From Mycobacterium sp. (GTDB taxonomy: Bacteria; Actinomycetota; Actinomycetes; Mycobacteriales; Mycobacteriaceae): a stretch of 64,000 nucleotides of DNA. Shown piece by piece: positions 49,731 to 59,474 of this stretch. A model generated the notes under the pieces. That model was not told the DNA's origin. It did not search any database and saw nothing but the letters and a program-made list of their open reading frames with translations. The stretch is taken from positions 40,307-104,306 of the forward strand of contig JAHFVD010000022.1 of the NCBI GenBank assembly GCA_023264735.1, given 5' to 3'. The translations under genes and the position numbers were made by a program. The first letter of the stretch is position 1. Each line of letters starts with the position of its first letter.

Positions 49731-50408
49731 GTGTCGACGGTTAGCCTGGATGAGGTGACCACATCGCATCCGTCGCATTGGGATTTCGACGCCCTCTACC
49801 GCGGTGAGAGCCCCGCCGAGGGAATCCCTCCCGTCACTACCGTGCCCTGGGACACCAAGGGCCCCAAGGAAAGTGTTGTCGCCTGGCAGGAGCAGGGCCT
49901 GATCACCGGCGACGTCCTCGACATCGGTTGCGGACTCGGCGACAACGCGATCTACCTGGCCCAGCACGGCCATCACGTCACCGCGCTCGACATCTCCCCG
50001 ACCGCCCTGATCACCGCCGAGCACCGGGCCGCCGATGCCCACGTCGACATCCGATTCGCCGTGACCGACGCCACTGAACTCACCGGCTACTCCGACGCGT
50101 TCGACACCATCGTCGACAGCGGGATGTTCCATTGCCTCGACGACGACGGTAAGGCCGCCTACGCCGCCGCGGCCTACCGCGCCGCCCGGCCCGGTGCGGG
50201 GCTGCTGATCGCCTGCTTCTCCGAGGCCAACGACGACCCGATGCGCGGCCAGCGCGCTGTCAGCGATGCAACGGTGCGAAGCGTTCTGGGCGACGCCGGC
50301 TGGACCGTCAGCTCGGTGACTCCGACGACGGTGCACCGCCCCGACGGTGTCGACATGGGATTCTGGCTCGTGGTGGCGCAGCGGCCGTCAGTAGAAGCCG
50401 CTCAGTAG
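49731..50408 (+). CDS. class I SAM-dependent methyltransferase
   Basis: 225 aa with SAM motif [17 protein letters not shown] and a post-I acidic residue (LDIS). GTG start, divergent from pyrR. Confidence 0.8.
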   Translation: MSTVSLDEVTTSHPSHWDFDALYRGESPAEGIPPVTTVPWDTKGPKESVVAWQEQGLITGDVLDIGCGLGDNAIYLAQHGHHVTALDISPTALITAEHRAADAHVDIRFAVTDATELTGYSDAFDTIVDSGMFHCLDDDGKAAYAAAAYRAARPGAGLLIACFSEANDDPMRGQRAVSDATVRSVLGDAGWTVSSVTPTTVHRPDGVDMGFWLVVAQRPSVEAAQ

Positions 50409-50418
50409 AGTCCCTAGG

Positions 50419-51621
50419 GTGAATCTCGCGGGCAATCGCACTTCTGTCGTGCAGGCGGTCGATGCCGGGCTACTGGCCGGCGCCGTCACTTTGGTGTGGC
50501 AGGGCGGAAATATTCTGCAGGTCAACGAGATCGGTTACCGCGATGTCGAGGCCGGGCTCCCGATGCAGCGCGACACGATCTTCCGGATCGCCTCGATGAC
50601 CAAACCGGTGACGGTAGCGGCGGCAATGGCTCTCATCGAGGAGGGCAAGCTTGCGCTGTCCGATCCGGTCAGCCGCTGGTTGCCGGAGCTCGCCGACATG
50701 CAGGTGCTCGTGGATCCGACCGGCTCGCTGGATCGCACCGTGCCCGCACAACGGCCGATCACGATCGACGACCTGATGACCCACCGCAGCGGATTGGCCT
50801 ACCCGTTCTCGGTGACGGGCCCACTGAGCCGGGCCTACGCGCAGGTCTCATTCCGCCAGGACCAGGACCACTGGCTGGCCGAGGTCGCGAAGCTGCCGCT
50901 GGTCCACCAGCCCGGCGAGCGACTGACCTACAGTCACGCCACGGACGTCCTCGGCATCGTCGTCTCGCGGATCGAGGGCACATCGCTGCAGACTGTGCTC
51001 ACCGAGCGGATCTTCGACCCGCTGGGGATGGCCGACACCGGGTTCTACATCTCCCCCGATAAGCGCGCCCGGGCGGCCACGATGTACCGGCTCGACGAAG
51101 CGACCGGCCTGCAGCACGACGCGATGGGTCCGATCCCGGTTATCGAACCCCGGTTCTGCCAGGGCGGAGCGAGCCTGGTGACAACCGTCGACGACTACCT
51201 GCGGTTCGCCCGAATGTTGTTGGGCGACGGCGAAGTCGATGGCGTGCGGGTGCTGTCTGCCGAGTCCGTACAGCTGATGCGCACCGACCGGCTGACCGCC
51301 GAACAGAAGCAGTACCCGTTCCTGGGGATGCCGTTCTGGGTGGGCCGCGGCTTCGGCCTGAATCTCTCGGTGGTCACCGATCCGGCCAAGTCCACGCAGC
51401 TGTTCGGCCCCGGCGGCGTTGGCACGTTCAGCTGGCCAGGGGCGTACGGAACCTGGTGGCAGGCCGACCCGGCCAATGATCTGATCATGATCTACCTGAT
51501 CCAGAACTACCCGGACTTCTCCGCGGCCGCCGCTGCGGTGGCCGGCAACACGTCGCTGGCCAAGCTGCAGTCGGCGCAGCCGCGGTTCGTGCGCCGCACC
51601 TACGACGCGCTGGGGCTCTAG
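50419..51621 (+). CDS. serine hydrolase, beta-lactamase/esterase (class C-like) family
   Basis: 400 aa with SxxK motif FRIASMTKPV and a YSH/YxN-like motif (TYSHATD). Confidence 0.85.
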   Translation: MNLAGNRTSVVQAVDAGLLAGAVTLVWQGGNILQVNEIGYRDVEAGLPMQRDTIFRIASMTKPVTVAAAMALIEEGKLALSDPVSRWLPELADMQVLVDPTGSLDRTVPAQRPITIDDLMTHRSGLAYPFSVTGPLSRAYAQVSFRQDQDHWLAEVAKLPLVHQPGERLTYSHATDVLGIVVSRIEGTSLQTVLTERIFDPLGMADTGFYISPDKRARAATMYRLDEATGLQHDAMGPIPVIEPRFCQGGASLVTTVDDYLRFARMLLGDGEVDGVRVLSAESVQLMRTDRLTAEQKQYPFLGMPFWVGRGFGLNLSVVTDPAKSTQLFGPGGVGTFSWPGAYGTWWQADPANDLIMIYLIQNYPDFSAAAAAVAGNTSLAKLQSAQPRFVRRTYDALGL

Positions 51622-51782
51622 TGTCCTGAGTCATTAATTCGCCAACCCCGGGAGTCGCCCGAATCGGCCCCCTTCACGCGCCGAGCGTGCTTGTTATCGT
51701 TGATTTTTCGTCGATCTTCCCCGACAACCCGCACGCTCGGCGGTCGGGACCACTGCGAACACGAATTAACGACTCAAGACAC
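51621..51782. mobile_element. 162-bp MITE-like element: 21-bp terminal inverted repeats (19/21) flanked by TA direct duplication
   Basis: Left TIR is GTGTCCTGAGTCATTAATTCG (51621-51641). The reverse complement of the right TIR (51762-51782) is GTGTCTTGAGTCGTTAATTCG. TA is present at 51619-20 and 51783-84. There is an internal perfect 12-bp inverted repeat (51679-90 / 51731-42). The element has no ORF. Confidence 0.4.
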
Positions 51783-52921
51783 TAGACCATCGCGATCGGC
51801 GAGATCGGCACCCCGATCTCCAGCGCGCCGGCCAGCTCGCGGCTGACGTCGTAATCGAATACCACGTGTCCGCAGATGACGTCGATGTCACGCTTGGCGC
51901 GCTGCAGCGGGTTGTGCAAGAAATGTGCACTGGCGCCGGATGATTCGAGGAGATCAGCGACGACCGCGCGGGATTCGTGCACGATGTGCGCGGCAGCCAC
52001 CCGGGCCTGAGCGCGCACCGACCGCGGGATCCGGGTGCCGTCGGTCACCATCCCCTCGATCATCGCGACGGTGTCGTCGAGCAGGCCATGCAGCGCGCGC
52101 AGCCGCACCCGGGCGTCGCCAAGACGGATCTGCGCGGCGGGCTGCTGCTTCTGCGCCAACCCGGAGTAGGCCAGCACCCGCTCCCCCAGACGGGTGGCGA
52201 ACAGGTCGGCGACCCGCTCGGCCGCGCCCAGCGCCGGCATGGCGGCAAGCAAGGACAGCGCGGGCACCATCGGCCAGCGGTAGGCGGTGCCATCGTGCAG
52301 TCCAGCGCCCGGCGCGGTGCCGCCGTAGATGTCAGTGAGTTTGACCAACCGATGTTCGGGGACTTTCGTGTCGGCGACGACGACATCGTGGGAGCCGGTC
52401 CCCCGCATCCCGTCGGTGTGCCAAACATCCTCGACCACAACATCGTCCGCGGGCAACAGCGCCAGCGCCGGATACATCCCGTCGTCGGGCCCACACAAGG
52501 CGCCCACCATCACCCAGTCGGCCGCCATGATCCCGGTCGCCCACGACCACCGGCCGGACAGTCGCACCCCGCCGTCGACCGGCACGCCGCGCCCGGTCGG
52601 CGCCAGCGGTGCCGGGCACAGCACCGGGCCGTCCGCGAACACCTCGTCCTGGGCTTGCTCGCCAAACAGCGCCAGCATCCAGTTGTGCAGGATGTAGAAC
52701 CCGAGCGTCCAGGCGCTGGAGGCGCAGCCGTGTGCCATGCGGCGCACCGGGTCCAGGATCGCGGGGAACGGCGCCTGCTCACCGCCGTAGCGGGCCGGAA
52801 GAAGCAGCCGGGCCATGCCGCTGGCCCGGAAGTCGGCGATGGTGGCGTCGGGCAGCCGCCGAAGATCCTCGGCCTCGGCCGCCCGTTGCGCCAGGCATGC
52901 CACGAAGTCGTCGCTGATCAT
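51782..52921 (-). CDS. acyl-CoA dehydrogenase-fold flavoenzyme (group D flavin monooxygenase-like)
   Basis: 379 aa. ACAD N-terminal/middle/C-terminal pattern (RYGGEQ, SGRWSWATG, DGMRGTGSHDVV) resembling two-component oxygenase components. Confidence 0.8.
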   Translation of the reverse strand: MISDDFVACLAQRAAEAEDLRRLPDATIADFRASGMARLLLPARYGGEQAPFPAILDPVRRMAHGCASSAWTLGFYILHNWMLALFGEQAQDEVFADGPVLCPAPLAPTGRGVPVDGGVRLSGRWSWATGIMAADWVMVGALCGPDDGMYPALALLPADDVVVEDVWHTDGMRGTGSHDVVVADTKVPEHRLVKLTDIYGGTAPGAGLHDGTAYRWPMVPALSLLAAMPALGAAERVADLFATRLGERVLAYSGLAQKQQPAAQIRLGDARVRLRALHGLLDDTVAMIEGMVTDGTRIPRSVRAQARVAAAHIVHESRAVVADLLESSGASAHFLHNPLQRAKRDIDVICGHVVFDYDVSRELAGALEIGVPISPIAMV

Positions 52922-52930
52922 CGCCCGACG

Positions 52931-52954
52931 CTACCATACCTTTTGGTATGGTAG
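52931..52954. promoter_or_regulatory. perfect 10-4-10 palindrome CTACCATACC-TTTT-GGTATGGTAG, candidate TetR operator
   Basis: It lies in the 41-bp gap between the TetR stop (52963) and the flavoenzyme start (52921). It is AT-richer than its surroundings. Confidence 0.35.
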
Positions 52955-52962
52955 TCGGGACG

Positions 52963-53520
52963 TCAGTGCCGCAGCATGATGTCCAGGAAACGCTGTTGCT
53001 GGGCGGCGGCTTTCGCGCCGGGGGCCGAAGCCGACAGGTGCAGGAATCCGACGCCTGCCGCGAACGTCGCATCGGCCCGCACATCGGCCTCTTCGGCGCT
53101 GAATCCATCGTCGAGATAGGCCTGGCGCACCGCACGGCGCACCCGCCGGTCAGACGACGCCACCGCCGTGGCCACATCGGCGTCCGAGCGCGCCCATTCC
53201 CGCATGGCCCGTTCCAGCATCCAATGCCGTTGGCCGAGAAGGACTCCCATCATCCTGGTGAGCCGCTCACGCGGTGACAGGTCAGCACTGGCGGTGAACT
53301 GGGCGCGGTCGCTGTCGTGCACCTCGGCCCAGGTGTCCACGAGCGCGGACCGGTAGGCGCCCAGATCGGTGAAATGCCAATAGAAGCTGCCCTTGGTGGC
53401 ACCCACCCGCTTGCAGAGCCGGTCGAGCGTCAGGCCTTTGACGCCGCCTTCGGCCAGCAGCGAGAAACCCGCCTCCACCCAATCGCCGCGGCCCAGGCGG
53501 CCTGTTGGACCGTCGACCAT
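52963..53520 (-). CDS. TetR/AcrR family transcriptional regulator
   Basis: HTH region GLTLDRLCKRVGATKGSFYWHF. The ATG at 53520 shares its A with the TGA of the upstream methyltransferase. Confidence 0.85.
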   Translation of the reverse strand: MVDGPTGRLGRGDWVEAGFSLLAEGGVKGLTLDRLCKRVGATKGSFYWHFTDLGAYRSALVDTWAEVHDSDRAQFTASADLSPRERLTRMMGVLLGQRHWMLERAMREWARSDADVATAVASSDRRVRRAVRQAYLDDGFSAEEADVRADATFAAGVGFLHLSASAPGAKAAAQQQRFLDIMLRH

Positions 53521-54365
53521 CAGGGCCGCCGCGCCGTGATGCACCACGACGCGGCCGGAACCAGGAAACCCCCTGCGCCGCGGTAATTGTCGAATGCGGC
53601 GATGACACCGTCGATCACCTCGCGGCGCTTGCCTTCGCTTGCTGACAGGAAGGCCAGTCCCAAGGGCCCGGCGCTCAGCACCCGCTCGGCTGCGGCGATG
53701 CCGTCACCCTCGAACACGAACGGTGCCTCGACCGCACGGATGTCGATGTCGACGAAGCCCGCGCCGGTCAGCAGCGCCGTGGTGGCATCCGGATCGGCCA
53801 TCGAGAACGGGCCTGGCTGTCCGGGTTCGGGCAGCGGCGGCCGTTCGCAGTCGAGGATCTGCATCGCCGTCGCAGTCGGCAGCATCAGCCACAGGTTCCC
53901 GATCAGCTGCTGCCACACGGACGCCGCTAGCCGTCCGCCGGGACGTAAGGCACGAAAGATGTTGTCGAAGGCACCTTTTGGATCATCGAAGAACATCAGC
54001 CCGAAGCGGGCGTGCACCGCGTCGAAGGGCACCCCGTCGCCGGCCACCCCGACGAGGTCGGCCGTGGCGGCGTCGGCTGTGATTGCCACGCCGTGCACAC
54101 CGGCCGCCGTTAGTCGCCGGGTAGCGGCGGCCACCATCCCGGACGCCACATCAACGGCGGCCACCCAACCGTCGGCACCCACCTCGGCGCCCAGCGCCAC
54201 CGCGGACAGGCCCGCACCACACCCCACGTCGACAACCCGCTCACCGGGTGCTGCGGCCAGCGCCGCCCGCGCCGCCCAGGCGTGCTCGCCCATCGAGGTG
54301 TTCATCGCATCGGCTTGCTCGTCCCAGACCGCGGCCAGAGTCGCGAAGTGCTGCTCGGCGTCCAT
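53520..54365 (-). CDS. class I SAM-dependent methyltransferase
   Basis: Start at the ATG at 54365 (MDAEQHFATL). SAM motif VVDVGCGAGLSAV. The upstream extension overlaps nusB and is discarded. Confidence 0.8.
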   Translation of the reverse strand: MDAEQHFATLAAVWDEQADAMNTSMGEHAWAARAALAAAPGERVVDVGCGAGLSAVALGAEVGADGWVAAVDVASGMVAAATRRLTAAGVHGVAITADAATADLVGVAGDGVPFDAVHARFGLMFFDDPKGAFDNIFRALRPGGRLAASVWQQLIGNLWLMLPTATAMQILDCERPPLPEPGQPGPFSMADPDATTALLTGAGFVDIDIRAVEAPFVFEGDGIAAAERVLSAGPLGLAFLSASEGKRREVIDGVIAAFDNYRGAGGFLVPAASWCITARRP

Positions 54366-54375
54366 GGCGGGCAGA

Positions 54376-54855
54376 TTACGCCTCGGGCGCGGCGCCCCGG
54401 ACCGCGGCGGCGGCCGCGCGGATCTGCGGAGTGACCAGCATGACCTGGCCAAGCACCCCGTTGACGAAGCCCGGCGACTCGTCGGTGGACAGCTCCTTGG
54501 CGAGCTCGACCGCCTCGTCGACGGCCACCGGCTCCGGAACGTCCTCGGCGTGCAGCAGCTCCCAGACCGCCACCCGCAGGATCGCGCGGTCCACCGCGGG
54601 CAATCGCTCCAGCGTCCAGCCCTGCAGGTGCGAGGTGATCAGCTCATCGATATGAGCCGAGTTGGCGGCAACCCCCCTGGCGACCGTCACCGTGTACGGG
54701 TTCAGCGCGGACACGTCGGTGTTCGCCTCGGCCAGGCCGATCCGCGAGTCGGCCACCTCAGCTGACGTCAGGCCTCTGGCCTCGGCCTCGAAGAGCAGGT
54801 CGACGGCGCGCTTGCGCGCCTGATGCCGACCCTTGTCGGCCTTGCGATCAGCCAT
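54376..54855 (-). CDS. nusB: transcription antitermination factor NusB
   Basis: 159 aa, [16 protein letters not shown], with a typical NusB helical pattern. Confidence 0.93.
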   Translation of the reverse strand: MADRKADKGRHQARKRAVDLLFEAEARGLTSAEVADSRIGLAEANTDVSALNPYTVTVARGVAANSAHIDELITSHLQGWTLERLPAVDRAILRVAVWELLHAEDVPEPVAVDEAVELAKELSTDESPGFVNGVLGQVMLVTPQIRAAAAAVRGAAPEA

Positions 54856-54856
54856 A

Positions 54857-55420
54857 TCAGGCGTTCACGCGCCCCAAATAGCTGCCGTCGCGCGAGTCCA
54901 CCTTGAGCTTGTCGCCGGTGTTGATGAACAGCGGAACCTGGATCTCAGCCCCGGTCTCCAGCGTTGCAGGCTTGGTGCCCGCGCTGGACCGGTCGCCCTG
55001 CAGGCCTGGCTCGGTGCTGGCGACCTCGAGCTCGACGGTCACCGGGAGCTCCAGGTACAGCGCCGCGCCCTCGTTGAACGCGATCTGCACCGGCATGCCC
55101 TCCAGCAGGAAGTCCGACAGGCGGCCGACCAGTGCCTCGGACAGCGGGTGCTGCTCGTAGTCCTCGGAGTCCATGAACACGAAGTCCGAGCCGTCCCGGT
55201 AGAGGTAGGTGGCGTCGCGCCGGTCGACGGTCGCGGTCTCCACCTTCACCCCGGCGTTGTAGGTCTTGTCGACGACCTTGCCGGAGAGGATGTTCTTGAG
55301 CTTGGTGCGCACGAACGCCGGGCCCTTGCCCGGTTTGACGTGCTGGAACTCGATGATCTGCCAGAGCTGGCCCTCGATGTTCAGCACAAGGCCGTTCTTG
55401 AAATCGGCAGTGGATGCCAC
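54857..55420 (-). CDS. efp: elongation factor P
   Basis: 187 aa, [31 protein letters not shown]. Confidence 0.97.
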   Translation of the reverse strand: MASTADFKNGLVLNIEGQLWQIIEFQHVKPGKGPAFVRTKLKNILSGKVVDKTYNAGVKVETATVDRRDATYLYRDGSDFVFMDSEDYEQHPLSEALVGRLSDFLLEGMPVQIAFNEGAALYLELPVTVELEVASTEPGLQGDRSSAGTKPATLETGAEIQVPLFINTGDKLKVDSRDGSYLGRVNA

Positions 55421-55449
55421 GATCGGTCGTTCTCCTCGTTTATCCGGTC

Positions 55450-56541
55450 CTAAATGACCTGTAGTTCCTTGGGGAACCGGGTGAGCAGTTCAGGGCTCCG
55501 CTCGCCCACGACCAGCGTGTCCTCGATGCGGACACCGCCACGGTCGGGCAGGTAGACACCGGGTTCCACGGTCACCACGGAGCCAGCAAGCAGTGTACCG
55601 GCGGCTGCGGAGTTGATTCCCGGTGCTTCGTGGATCTGCAATCCGACGCCGTGACCGAGGCCGTGGCCGAAGTACTCGCCATAACCGGCGTCGACGATGA
55701 CCTGCCGGGCGGCGCCGTCGACATCGCGCAGCTCCGCCCCGACGTCCAGGGCATCGCGGCCGGCCCGCTGCGAGGCCGCCACCAGCTCGTAGATCTCCAG
55801 CTGCCAGTCGGCCGCCGCGCCGAGCACGAACGTGCGCGTCATATCGGAGTGGTAGCCGCCGACCAGCGCGCCGAAGTCGATCTTGACGAAATCGCCGCTG
55901 GCCAGCACAGCGTCGGTGGGCCGGTGATGCGGGATCGCCGAGTTGGCACCGGTGGCCACGATCGTCTCGAACGACGGACCGTCGGCGCCGTGCTCGAGCA
56001 TCAACGCCTCGAGCTGGCGGCGGACCTCCCGTTCGGTGCGCCCTGGCCGCAGCCCGCCGCCGTTCACCAGTTCGGCCAGGGCCGCGTCGGCGGCCTCGCA
56101 CGCCAGCCGCAGCAGCGCGATCTCCCCGGCATCCTTGATCTCCCGCAGCGTCTCGACCGTGCCGGACGCTCGCACCAGCTCGGCGGCCGGGTGATCGTCC
56201 AGTTCGCGGGCCAGCACGTCGAACCCGTCGACGGTGACGACATGGCTCTCGAAGCCGATCCGGGCGGCGCCGTCGGCCACCGCGCGGCCCACCAGATGGC
56301 GTCCGCAGGCCCGTTCGATGACCGTTTCCACATCGGGCGCCTGGCGCGCGGCCTGCGTCCGGTAGCGCGAATCGGTGGCCAGCACCGTCGGCGTGTCGCC
56401 TGCGAACACCAGAAGCGCGGCGTTCGAGCCACTGAATCCGGACAGATATCGGACGTTGACCAGGTCACTGACCAGGATCGCGTCCAATCCCTCGGCGGCC
56501 AGCCGGGCGGCCAGCCGGTCCCGACGTTGGGAATGTGTCAC
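55450..56541 (-). CDS. pepQ: M24 family Xaa-Pro aminopeptidase
   Basis: 363 aa with creatinase-like N-domain and pita-bread metal ligands ([20 protein letters not shown]). Conserved pepQ-efp-nusB order. Confidence 0.9.
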   Translation of the reverse strand: MTHSQRRDRLAARLAAEGLDAILVSDLVNVRYLSGFSGSNAALLVFAGDTPTVLATDSRYRTQAARQAPDVETVIERACGRHLVGRAVADGAARIGFESHVVTVDGFDVLARELDDHPAAELVRASGTVETLREIKDAGEIALLRLACEAADAALAELVNGGGLRPGRTEREVRRQLEALMLEHGADGPSFETIVATGANSAIPHHRPTDAVLASGDFVKIDFGALVGGYHSDMTRTFVLGAAADWQLEIYELVAASQRAGRDALDVGAELRDVDGAARQVIVDAGYGEYFGHGLGHGVGLQIHEAPGINSAAAGTLLAGSVVTVEPGVYLPDRGGVRIEDTLVVGERSPELLTRFPKELQVI

Positions 56542-56574
56542 GGTCGCTGACGGTACTCGCTACCCTGACTAACC

Positions 56575-57198
56575 ATGACTACGTGGTTGTTGCGCGGACT
56601 GGCCTTCGCCGCCGGCATGGTGATCGTCCGTCTCGTGCAGGGCACGCTGATCAACATCTACGAAACCAAGGCGGGACTCATCAGCATCGCGCTGGTGGTG
56701 CTGTTCGCCATCGCGTCGTTCATCTGGGGTCTTTTCGACGGCCGTGCCGATGCGAACGCCAATCCCGACCCGGACCGCCGCCGGGATCTGGCCATGACCT
56801 GGCTGCTGGCCGGGCTCATCGCCGGTGTGCTGAGCGGCCTGGTCGTCTGGATCGTCTCGCTGTTCTACAAGAACGTCTACGCCGAGGGCCTGATCAGTGA
56901 GGTCACCACGTTCGCGGCGTTCACCGCGCTGATGGTGTTCGTCCCGGCCATCGCCGCGGTCGCCATCGGCCGCTTCCTGGTCGACCGCAAGCGCCCCCCG
57001 CAGGAGCGCCGCCGCGAAGACGGCAGCACGGGCGACGTGTTCGACGCGGCCCGCGAGGACGACCGGACCGGCCCCATCGCCGGGCTCGGCACCCACGAGG
57101 CCGCCGCGACCGAAGAGCAGACGTCGTCGGTGGCGACTGCTGAGCGCGACGAGCCGACCGAGCAGATCGACATGACGGGCAATTCCGACAAGGCCTGA
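56575..57198 (+). CDS. conserved 4-TM membrane protein with charged C-terminal tail (Rv2536-like)
   Basis: 207 aa with four hydrophobic helices followed by an acidic/basic disordered tail. Divergent from pepQ, as in M. tuberculosis. Confidence 0.75.
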   Translation: MTTWLLRGLAFAAGMVIVRLVQGTLINIYETKAGLISIALVVLFAIASFIWGLFDGRADANANPDPDRRRDLAMTWLLAGLIAGVLSGLVVWIVSLFYKNVYAEGLISEVTTFAAFTALMVFVPAIAAVAIGRFLVDRKRPPQERRREDGSTGDVFDAAREDDRTGPIAGLGTHEAAATEEQTSSVATAERDEPTEQIDMTGNSDKA

Positions 57199-57212
57199 AT
57201 CTTGCTGCTCGG

Positions 57213-58079
57213 CTAGATCGGGTCGATCGGCGACCAGCCGCCGACGTCGAAACCGTCGCCGTCCGCCACAATCACCAGGCCGCCGTAGCCCGGGTAGTGC
57301 GCGGGAAAGACCGCCGCGTTGGCGCGGGCCGCCTCGGTGAACACCCGCCGGCGCGCGCCCCGCGCGGCCGCCGCGTCGACGTCGAACGCACACGTCTCGT
57401 CGGGGCGGCGAATCTGGATCGGACAATGCGTCAGGTCGCCGACGAACACCGCGGGACTGCCCGCCTCGAGCCACAGCACCGACGAACCCGGCGTGTGCCC
57501 CGCCGCCGGGCGCAGCCGCAGCGACGGACTGAGCTGGAGGTCGTCGGACCACAACTGAATCTGATCGGTAACCGGAATCACGCTGTCGGCCAACACCGTT
57601 CGCATGCCGTCGTTCTCGCCCTGTCCCCCGGGACCGAAGAAGCGGTAGTCCGCTTCGGGCATCACGTAGCGGGCGTTGGGAAACGTCGGCACCCACCGGC
57701 CGTCGACCAGCTGGGTGTTCCACCCGACATGGTCGGTGTGCAGGTGGGTGTTGATCACGATGTCGACGGCTGCCGGATCGAAGCCGGCCTCGGTGAACGC
57801 GGTGAGGAAATCCGTCGACAGGTGATCCAGGGGCGGCATGTGCGAACGATCGCGGTCGTTGCCGACACCGGTGTCGACCACCACGACCAGACCGTCGACC
57901 TCAATCACCCACGACTGCATGGCAATCCGCCACTGCTCGGACTCACGCTCCCAGAAGTGCGGCTCCAGCAGATCGGCGTGGTCGGCCCAGGCCGCTGCAG
58001 GCGTGTCGGCGAACAGCGATGTCCGCATCTGGATCTGAGTCTCGACGATGCGCGTGACAGTGGCCGCGCCCAACGCCAT
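57213..58079 (-). CDS. MBL-fold metallo-hydrolase
   Basis: THLHTDHVGWN (the HxHxDH motif). I prefer the ATG at 58079 (MALGAATVTRIVE). The ORF stays open to 58238. Confidence 0.8.
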   Translation of the reverse strand: MALGAATVTRIVETQIQMRTSLFADTPAAAWADHADLLEPHFWERESEQWRIAMQSWVIEVDGLVVVVDTGVGNDRDRSHMPPLDHLSTDFLTAFTEAGFDPAAVDIVINTHLHTDHVGWNTQLVDGRWVPTFPNARYVMPEADYRFFGPGGQGENDGMRTVLADSVIPVTDQIQLWSDDLQLSPSLRLRPAAGHTPGSSVLWLEAGSPAVFVGDLTHCPIQIRRPDETCAFDVDAAAARGARRRVFTEAARANAAVFPAHYPGYGGLVIVADGDGFDVGGWSPIDPI

Positions 58080-58191
58080 CCGGTTCTGCACTCCGCCGAG
58101 ACTAGCCGCCCACCCGCCTGTTTTGACAATTTTGACAAAACATTGGCGATTCTGACCCCCACGGCGGGCCGAGCACAGTAACGTCGCCGCC

Positions 58192-58893
58192 GTGGAATTG
58201 ACGCTGCAACGCATTGGTGCGTGGTGCGGGACCATCATGATCGTGCTGTACGGGACGAGTCTTTCGGGGATAGCGCGAATGTTTCCGCCGCTCTCGCCCG
58301 TCGCGTCTCCCGAGGAGATCGCCGAGTTCTACGTCGATCACAAGATCTGGATCCGCATCGGCGTCGCCGGGTGCCTGCTGACGTCGGTCATCGCGCTACC
58401 GTTCCTGGCCACCATCGTGCTGCGCATCCGTCGGATCGAAGGCCAGTGGGGCATGCTGTCGATCACGCAGCTGTTGGCCGCCACGATTTTCGTTCCGGCC
58501 CTGCTGTTTCCGTTCCTGATCATGGCTGCCGCCGCATTCCGTCCCGAGTCCCGGCCGCCGGACATCACTCAGGCACTCAACGACGTGTTCTGGCTGATGT
58601 TCATCGGCATCGTCGGAACGATCATCGTGCAGAACATCACCTTGGCGATCGCGTCGTTCATCGACAAGACCGATCCTCAGACGTTCCCGCGCTGGTACGG
58701 CTACCTCAACCTGTGGGTGGCGCTGCTGTCGCTGCCGGGATGCGTGGTCGTGGTGTTCAATGACGGACCGCTGGCCTGGCACGGGGTGTTCGCGTTCTAC
58801 ATTCCGGGTGCGGCGCTGACGATCTGGATGTTCTCGACGTCCTACGCGCTGAACCGCGGCATCAAGGCCCAGCAGCTCGCCGAAGCACAATGA
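58192..58893 (+). CDS. integral membrane protein of unknown family (about 6 TM)
   Basis: 233 aa, hydrophobic throughout. GTG start. Its stop overlaps the start of the CoxIII-like gene (ATGA). Confidence 0.65.
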   Translation: MELTLQRIGAWCGTIMIVLYGTSLSGIARMFPPLSPVASPEEIAEFYVDHKIWIRIGVAGCLLTSVIALPFLATIVLRIRRIEGQWGMLSITQLLAATIFVPALLFPFLIMAAAAFRPESRPPDITQALNDVFWLMFIGIVGTIIVQNITLAIASFIDKTDPQTFPRWYGYLNLWVALLSLPGCVVVVFNDGPLAWHGVFAFYIPGAALTIWMFSTSYALNRGIKAQQLAEAQ

Positions 58894-59474
58894 CGGCGGT
58901 GGGACAACCACCAGCTAGCGCGCGACGCATTCCCGGCGAACAGGGCACCTGGGTATTCCTCTTCGGCGACATGCTGGTGTTCGCGGTGTTTTTCGCGACG
59001 TTCATGGTCGAAAGATCCAAGGCTCCAGAGGTTTTCGATGTGGCGCGCAAGACGCTGCACGTCAACATCGGCCTGGTCAATACGCTGGTGCTGCTGACCA
59101 GCTCGCTGTTCGTGGTGGCCGCGATGGGCGCCATCCGCGCCGGCGCGCGGTCAATTGCGGCCCGCGCGCTGCTGATCGCAGCGGGCTGCGGCGCGGTGTT
59201 CGTGGCGCTGAAGGTGACCGAGTACGTCTTGCTGGGCACTGCCGGGCATGGGCCGGGCGCCAACCACTTCTACCTGTACTACTTCATCCTGACCGGGCTG
59301 CACCTGCTGCACGTCCTCATCGGGATCCTGGTGCTGGTGTTGATGTTCACCCAGACCCGGCGGACCGAACTGTCGGCCACCCGGCTCGCGGTGACCGAGG
59401 GCGGCGGCTGCTTCTGGCACCTGGTCGACCTGTTGTGGATCGTCCTGTTCCCACTGCTGTACCTGGTGAGCTGA
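58890..59474 (+). CDS. cytochrome c oxidase subunit III family protein (orphan, NorE-like)
   Basis: 194 aa with GTWVFLFGDMLVF, LKVTEY, FYLYYFILTGLHLLHVLIG and CFWHLVDLLWIVLFPLLY, which are heme-copper oxidase subunit III signatures. Confidence 0.8.
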   Translation: MTAVGQPPASARRIPGEQGTWVFLFGDMLVFAVFFATFMVERSKAPEVFDVARKTLHVNIGLVNTLVLLTSSLFVVAAMGAIRAGARSIAARALLIAAGCGAVFVALKVTEYVLLGTAGHGPGANHFYLYYFILTGLHLLHVLIGILVLVLMFTQTRRTELSATRLAVTEGGGCFWHLVDLLWIVLFPLLYLVS

